Origin: Selaginella moellendorffii
Lineage: Eukaryota > Plantae > Lycopodiophyta
NCBI RefSeq assembly: GCF_000143415.4
Contig: NW_003314301.1
Location: 926,202-957,153, forward strand
Direction: 5' to 3'
Length of the DNA: 30,952 bases
Below the pieces are notes generated by a model. It was not told the origin of the DNA. It ran no database searches and saw nothing but the letters and a program-made list of their open reading frames with translations. The number at the start of each line of letters is the position of its first letter. Position 1 is the first letter of the stretch. Shown in pieces: positions 23,527 through 30,952 of this stretch. The position numbers and the translations under genes are program-made.

Positions 23527-23718
23527 ATGGCTGGACATGCACGATTTCTTCTCACTCTTGTTGTGTTGCTCCTCCTTGCTTGTAATGTAGCAATGGCTGC
23601 GCGTTTCTTAGGCGGCGGCGGTGGCGGCGGCGGTGGTGGCGGTGGCGGTGGCGGCGGTGGTGGTGGCGGTGGCGGTGGTGGCGGTGGCGGTGGCGGTGGC
23701 GGTCACCGAAGGAAATAA
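23527..23718 (+). CDS. Secreted glycine-rich protein, 63 aa
   Basis: Signal peptide MAGHARFLLTLVVLLLLACNVAMA, then ARFL, an uninterrupted run of about 30 Gly and HRRK*. TATAAA at 23463-23468 and AATAAA about 20 bp after the stop. Confidence 0.8.
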   Translation: MAGHARFLLTLVVLLLLACNVAMAARFLGGGGGGGGGGGGGGGGGGGGGGGGGGGGGGGHRRK

Positions 23719-23761
23719 TGATTACTATCATCCTCTATAATAAAATCTCTGTTCCCACCAA

Positions 23762-23796
23762 ATCCTGGCCGTCCACCTCACACGGACGGCCAGGAT
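23762..23796. repeat. Perfect 13-bp GC-rich hairpin
   Basis: atcctggccgtcc, a 9-nt loop, then ggacggccaggat. Confidence 0.9.
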
Positions 23797-24099
23797 ATGA
23801 CTTAGCTTTGTTTCATATTTTTGGTTTTTTTTATTTTATGAAGTCGTCAGTCATGGGCGAAGGCTCCTCGCACCGAGCTCGGCCAGGAAGAAACCAAATC
23901 TATCCATCTCCTTGCTCGATCTTGCTTGAATCGCTCGAATTTCGCTCCAGCAGCAATGGCGTCAGTGGCAGTGCCATCGCCAACGCATCAGTGGTTCCTC
24001 TCAGTTTTTTTCATTAGCAGCATCTGTCTCCCAGCCTTTTCTCTTTCTTTCTGGGCAATATTGGCTTCTATTTTGTTTGTTCTCTTTTTCTATCAAATA

Positions 24100-27000
24100 T
24101 TCTTCATTGAAGTACTGCAGCAAATGATTTGAGTTACTTCATGGTCCCCATGGAGAGAGATTCATCGAGCTTCTAGATAGATAGGATGTTGAATGAGATG
24201 GTTGTGACTTCCCTCATATTGGTTATAGATGTGATTTCGAAGCTTCACGTTGTGCACAGCTCAGCAGTGCAAAAGACCTATAAACCCTTGCAGTTATAGG
24301 TTATGGAAACAAGGTGACCAAGCCTTTCTACTAAGTTCTTTGGAGTGTGCCAGATTGGAGCTCGTGGGATTTTTGCCAGGGTTGGAGCAGAGGTGGGGTG
24401 CTGCTGAGCTTGGCAAGATTGTGTCTGGGCAGGAATTTTGAGAGACCCAACTGGGTTTCTTGGCATTTCCATCAGCCCGCCATCAATGGGGAAAGGTGGT
24501 GTGCTACTTGTTTTCCCCTTATCCATGACAAAGAGTTGTAGGTAGCTCATAGTGCACCACATGGACAAGAATGGGTCCAACATGGGAAAATGGCAATGTC
24601 TACAATTGTACGACCATCCCTTGGTATTAGAGGGTTAGAAGATAAAAAGATTGTTGAAATAGGAGTTCAAGCTCGGAATAGAAAGATCCTGCAAGATTCT
24701 TGGTCTTAAAAGGATCTAAAACAATGGCTAGAGGTGGATCGACCTCAGCACCTCTAGATGAAGAATCTTAAAGGAGGACAGAGCGGTGTTCCTGGGCAAA
24801 CATCAATGAGGAAAAATGAGGTTGTGAAGAGGAACTTGGAAGTTCCTATTGGGCATTTGGCAGGATGATGCTAGCAGCTACAATATAGTCAATTAGGAAT
24901 TTGCCAAAACCTGGGGCCATGGCTTCTACAAGAATCGTCAGACCTTCCCTAGTGTCATAAGAAGTGCTAAATCGACCCAGGACAGGTCATTTGGGTCCTA
25001 CCACCAGAGGCATATTGTGACAAGTATGCATCATTCAGTCAAGGCAAGGGACCTCAGCAAGGGAGAGGCTAGGATTTTTCCTTGCCTATAGAGGAAGTGA
25101 TGCAAGTTGCTGAGACTGGAGAGACTGGTACCAATCTTCTCTGTCAAGTCACCCCAGCAACTCTGAGGACATGTGGTATTTGGAGAAAGAATGCAACAAG
25201 GGGAAGTGTTCATAATAGGCAACCATGCTGTGTTTGAAGGGACTGAGGGGGCCTGAGAAATGCCCCCTGACCCCTTCACAGGTGAGCTGCTTCATTGGTT
25301 GGGATGGAGGCATACAGAATTGGAAAAATACCCAAGCATGCATCAAAAGGAGGGTTTGCACCATGTTCAATAAGGGACTGTAATTCACCCTTCAAGAATA
25401 TTTCAAGGAATAGGAGGTTTGGCCTGGCAAGTAAAGATAGCAGAACTAATGACATTATTTATAGCAAAATAGGTCAATGGGTGGTCAGCATACAACAAGT
25501 TGTTATGGGCTAGGAGCACCATAGCCACTAGGCTAGCAAGAGTTTGGTGGAATTCTTCAAAATATTCTATCATAGGGCATCCAAAGGGAAGTGAGATTAA
25601 GCTGAATTGGTTTGAATGTAAGTTTGGAGATTGTTTCCTGAGCCAGCAGAGTAGAGGTGCATGGTGGTCAAGGAAACTGCTGCATGAATTGGCAACTAGA
25701 ACTTAGAAGGAGAACAAGACAGTTTGAACTTTTGATTTTGTGGAGGGACTGCAAACACCTTTAAAGGATTGCATAAAAAATACACTCCCCCAAGCAGTAG
25801 AATTTGAATTGTGAGAATGCTTTTATGAAATAGAGATACCTTGCGGCAATAAAATCTTAAAAAATGAAGGTCTCAGAGGATGCAGCAACAAAGAATTTGA
25901 GGGAGGAAGTCAAAGGGTTTACCACGACACTCACACATGAAATCAAGGCACAACTCACGAAGAGGGATCATCAAATGGCTCCATTGTAGATTAAGGGCAG
26001 AGTGGTAGTAAGACTTCAAGTGTGGAGGAGATCATTGGGCTTGGGACTACTTGTAGTGGCAATAGACCTTAACAACCAATGTGCCTTGATTAGGGAGCCA
26101 ATAGAAGATGAAGATGATCTGGAAGAGTTGATTGAGCAAGAAGCTTCTAGGGAGGAGACATTTGTGTCTATGCTATACATTGGGGAGTAGAAGAGGATGG
26201 ATGAGTGGCTTAAGAAGGCCCTGGCTGATAAGAAAGATGTTGCTGCAAAAGCTAAGTTCATGAGAGCCAAAGCCAGAAATGCAAGAAATGTTGAAGCATA
26301 TGAAGGAGTCGCCTATGCAATTGCAACTATAGAAAATCTTAACCACAGATGATGGTTGAAGGACTTAAAGACTCTTGGTGAAACAGGTTGACGAGGATGG
26401 ATACTAAGCAAAAGTAGAATGGAAACAAACTTAAGTAGAGAAGATAAAAGAGCATTTGTATTATTCAAAGGGAATTTGCCTATGTGGCCATATGGGATCA
26501 TAGAGACTACTATTTGAGGTTGGAAGGTGGAGACACTCTTGGATTTAGGGGCAAACCATGATCAATGCTCAATTTAACACCTTGTTGAGCTAAAACCACC
26601 GATAGTTCTGGGGGCCAATGGTGAACAACCAAGATTGTTTCTTCATGCTTTTCGGGTTGGAGGCTCATATACTCTTGAATGGGTATTTAAAGCCTTATAA
26701 GCAATTGTTCTGATTCTATACTAGTGATCAAGTACTAGTAACAATCTATACATATTACAACATCAAAGGCAGAACCATCTACCTAACCAGTAGGACTATA
26801 GAATTTACCCAGGCTAAGAAGGCAATGGAAGTTGCAATGGAATATTTGGCAGGGGCAACTGCAAATAAGATCTCCAATTTATTACACAAGGTTGTGGTTG
26901 AGGAGAAGTGAAGGACATACACCATGACTTAAGTAGCTAAGAAGAAGAAGGAAATCTTTAAGAAAGGTGTAAAGGCAACAGTTGAGGAGGATGAAATGGC

Positions 27001-27250
27001 AAACTTTCCAATAAATGTGAAGTTTGGGAATTTGGTTGTGACAGATGCAGAGTTGATGGAACATGTATGGGCCATGATTAGTGAGCATAAGGTGGTGTTC
27101 CAGCAGGTGAGATGGGAATTTCGTTGGTGGAACACAGAATTGGCACTAGGGATGCCACACCAATTGAAAAGGTGGCATATTGGTACTTAGAGATGGAAAC
27201 TGAGGCAATCAATAATAGTGTAGACATAATGCTATAAGCAGGATTGGTGG
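24100..27250. mobile_element. Decayed coding sequence of a probable large transposon (unassigned)
   Basis: Strong CpG depletion and protein-like fragments broken by stops (plus strand about 25860-27200). No diagnostic transposase or RT motif was recognised. Confidence 0.35.
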
Positions 27251-27899
27251 ATGTCAGTGGTAGAGATTGTTTGTTTGGTTTTTTTTTTTTCCAGTTGAGA
27301 GTTTATGTGAAGAAAATGAGAAGAAAATGAGAAGATTCAAAAAGAATATATGAATATTCTAAAGGAATCTGCATAGTTACTTGCGGAGGTGGATGGTGTG
27401 GTTAGGGGGTGCATGCAAAGAAGGAAGGAGAAAGAGAGATGTCACCTAAGAGAGAAGGCAGTAGAGAGGTATGGGTGCAGGAGAGAGCTAACAGAATCAC
27501 CAGGTGGTTGTGAGTATGGAGACAAATGGAGCACACACGTCTTGTTGGTGAGTAGAGGGTGGAAACAATCTGTTCGCATTGTGGGCAAGTGTGGCTGAGG
27601 CTTCTTGTTGATCTACTGGCTGAGCTTCTTTATGATGAATAGAAAGCCTCTTGCTCACCAATGCAGCTCCTTTTTCTTGGGTTTTTTTTTTTTTAGTGTT
27701 AGTGGAACCTTTAGTATCCCCTTAGTGCTTCCCAATGGTGTTGGCACCAAAGTTAGATGGTAGCTTGTGGATGCATTTAACTACAAACCCTTCGTACTTC
27801 CAATATATTTTAATCACTACAACATGTGATCAACTAAATTTTTAGTTTCTAGTTTAAAAAAAATTGTTTTATACCACTTAAATTTTAGTCATTAAAATG

Positions 27900-28320
27900 A
27901 GAGTAGTTGTTATTTGAAATAAAGAACAACTAAATTTATTTATTTATTTAGTTGAATTAAAGAACTAAATAATTAAAGAAATAGTTGAACTAAAGAACTA
28001 AATAACTAAAGAACTACTCTCTTAGAACTAAATAAATAAATTTATTTATTTATTTAAAAAACTACTCTCTTTTATAGCTAGTTCTTTAGTTCTTTAGTTA
28101 TAAAGAACTAGCTATAAAATAAAGTTGAAAATAGTAGCCATAATAACAAGTGAAAATATTTAGTCATAATTTATATTATTTTGTGAAAATATATTCATAA
28201 TTTATGTTTGAATTCTATACTATCATGTTGAAAAATTAGTCATAATATATATTTGATTTTATATTATATTGTTGAAAATATTAGTCATAATTTATATTCT
28301 GATTTGAATTGGTAAATACA
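27900..28320. repeat. AT-rich short tandem and inverted repeats
   Basis: Reiterated (aaa)gaactaaataa units in both orientations, then repeated tgaaaa...tagtcataat units. Confidence 0.75.
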
Positions 28321-28750
28321 AATTTTAGTTAAAAAATTAATTAATAAAACCTTTAAATACTAATTTAAATTCTTATTTCTTATACTCTAATCTTATGAAG
28401 GTCGTAGCCATAATTCTCAACCTAAAATAAAATTTTAAAAATTTGGAAAAAAAATTAAACTATTTCAAAGACTTCCAATTCCTCTAGAGCCAATTCTGTT
28501 GATATTTTTCACTTGTTGTTATGCTACTACTTGCTTTAAATTATTTTTCCAACTTGCTTTTCCACATACCTTTTAACAGCTTCAAAACCTTCTTCATTGA
28601 GTTTTAGCCACAATCCTCTTTGTATTGTTTAATCAAACAATACATATAAAATTTTGCTAGAGTTTTAAATTGTTCTCCCATCCAGCTTTTGCTTATACCA
28701 CCACTAAAATAGTTTTTCATATATTGTGGCCTAGTGTTGAGGTTGTTGGG

Positions 28751-29300
28751 CAGCAAAAACAAAGAGTAAGAATCAAAAGTCTTTTAAAATACTTTACCTA
28801 GTGCTGCTTGTGATGGCTGTGAGTGTCGAGGCTAGAGGGATATAACTGGCTACCCTAAGGTTGAGACCAAGTGGAGAGGCTATTTGGCTGTAAAACGGAA
28901 ATAAAAATCAAAAGTTTTTTAAAAAAATTTACTTCAGTGTGTTGGAGGGCTATTGGCTGCTCTAGGCCTGAGACCAATGTTTGGCTGCCAAAATAAAGAG
29001 AATCAAAAGTCTTTTAAAAGACTTTACCTAGGGCTTTGTTGGGAAGGCTGTGTAAAGTTGGCCACCCTGGAAAAAACCAAAAATGAAGGTGACAGAAAAT
29101 TAAAAGTTCTATTTACTTAGAGCTAAGTGTTGAGGGTGCTCTAGCAAATGTCTAGGTTGTTGGGCTGCACAAAGAAGAATTATAAAACATAGCAATTTTA
29201 AAAAGCACTTTACCTGGAGCTACTACTAAGTGTGATAGTTGTTGGGAAGGCTAGGAACTCCCTAAAAATAAATGAAATCAAGGTGACAATTTGAAAGCTT
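28751..29300 (-). pseudogene. Array of duplicated micro-exon/short-intron units (decayed)
   Basis: Repeated minus-strand GTAAA donors and pyrimidine-rich CAG/TAG acceptors delimit introns of 43-50 bp. The intron sequence aatcaaaagtcttttaaaa.actttaccta is repeated. Confidence 0.6.
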
Positions 29301-30952
29301 ATATCATTTAGAGTAAAAAATGGGAAAACACTTATTCTCAAACAAGTTTATCAACTCAAGTTTATATATCTTTTGAAGATGTGATGAACTTGTTTCACAC
29401 TCTTTCAAAGATATTCTTGGTTGAAGTGTAGTAAGACTTCTAAGTTCAACAACCTCTTATGTACTTAGAAATGATATTGGATCTTTATTAATATCTATGG
29501 TCTCAGAGCTAGAAATGTCAACTCCAACTAAAGACTCAATTAAATTTTTTCTAACAAATAGATAAAAATAAAAAATTATGATAACTAAATAGTTACTTAC
29601 TATTTAAATCTTGGAGGAGTTTTTGAACTATTGGAGATGGATTTTTGACTTGAGAAATTTTGAAGAAATATTTCCTCTAGATAATATAAATAGGAAAATG
29701 AAGAATAACAACAAAAAAATTACCTTCATTGTCATTTTGATTGTATTTATAGCAAAATATCTAATATTTGAGATGTAGCTTTGCTGGAAGTAGGATTTAA
29801 AAGAGGTTCTTCTCAAACCTCCTCATGTACCTCTTGTGAATGCTCAATAACATCTAAATAATAAAACTTCAATAGCAAATAAAAATTCTAATCAAATTTA
29901 TTACTTGAGAGTGATCCTGCTTTTTTTTTTTCTAGTTTACAAGGTTTTTACAATTACTTTTACTTTATTTGTAGAGGTTTTCTTGGAATTTTTTGGTTCA
30001 CCATACCTTGAAAGTAAAATTCAAAAGAACATCATAAGTGAATCTCCAACATAAACCAAAAAGCAAAATCTAAAGTTCACATTAATCTAGACCATACTTC
30101 AATTGTTGCTTGCAAAATTCCTATTGATCTCTAGATCAAGGCAGAAGTGTTCAAATGCAGCACAAGTGATGGCAGCCTAGTGTGATCAATTGTACCTTAC
30201 AAATCTCATGAATTCTTTGCAGATCATTGCCAAAATCCCTAAATTACATAACCCTACCACTCACATAACTCACAAAACCATAGTGGGGATTGAGGACGGT
30301 AGTGATGAGAGGATGGTGTGCTTTGACCAAGCCACCTCTGTAGTGACATCATCAGACATATGCACATATGAAACAGCCTTTAGATCCTGCTTATGGACAC
30401 AAACCTTCGTAGCCTGTAAAAAGTTAAAACTATTTTAAAAATATTATTATTCTAGAGCTTCTCTCAATTTTGTGTCACCATTTTATTTAGCCTTCCTGCG
30501 GACAAAGCAATCTTGTCTAAAGTAAAATGTGCGCCACTTGATAGTTGTGAGGAAGAGAACTATACCAATTGGTGGGATAATCCTTTTGTGGAGCTATCAA
30601 ACAAGAGTTTAAATCCAGCATCACTTGGGAACAGAAAAAAAGTGCTATTGATATTGCATGCCTGACTGCAAACACAATTAGTGAGACAGAGCCACAAGCA
30701 CCAGCTTGACATATGCTAAAGTCGGGAAAAAATTCCCAAGAAACAACATGTCATGATCAGAGGGTCAATAGGCTTGATTCAATTCTTTTTAGTTATGTCT
30801 TACCATGATCAAATTTTATTGCAATGCAATTGCAAATTAGTAAATAATATTGTTTTTAAACATTTGATCAATCATAATTACACTCTTAATTAGTACCTAG
30901 AATATTCAAGTATGTTCTAGGATATTCCTCAATCAAATGCTGATTTACTCCA

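Noticed and set aside
28730-29300. CRISPR-like repeat/spacer appearance
   Set aside because: The repeats are degenerate, of variable length and carry splice signals. The context is eukaryotic and there are no cas genes.
23753-30577. CCCACCAA ... TTGGTGGG as terminal inverted repeats of a DNA transposon
   Set aside because: The match is only about 8-9 bp with no clear TSD, which is compatible with chance.

Overview
Eukaryotic plant DNA. Introns of roughly 45-95 bp, compact genes and the gene families present suggest a seed-free plant such as the lycophyte Selaginella (inference). Most of the window is decayed transposon sequence: an LTR retrotransposon with a tRNA-iMet PBS, a second copy of its LTR with an inverted terminus, a split Ty3/gypsy chromovirus, and a large decayed element at the right end. 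A few genes look intact: a spliced 129-aa secreted Cys-rich protein that looks more fungal than plant, a four-exon strictosidine-synthase-like gene of the LAP3/MS45 type, and a head-to-head pair of secreted glycine-rich proteins whose shared promoter contains a long foldback. There are also NPF transporter and CYP71-clan P450 pseudogene fragments, and one 100-N assembly gap (15012-15111). The ORF track ignores splicing, so several calls rest on manual exon joining.
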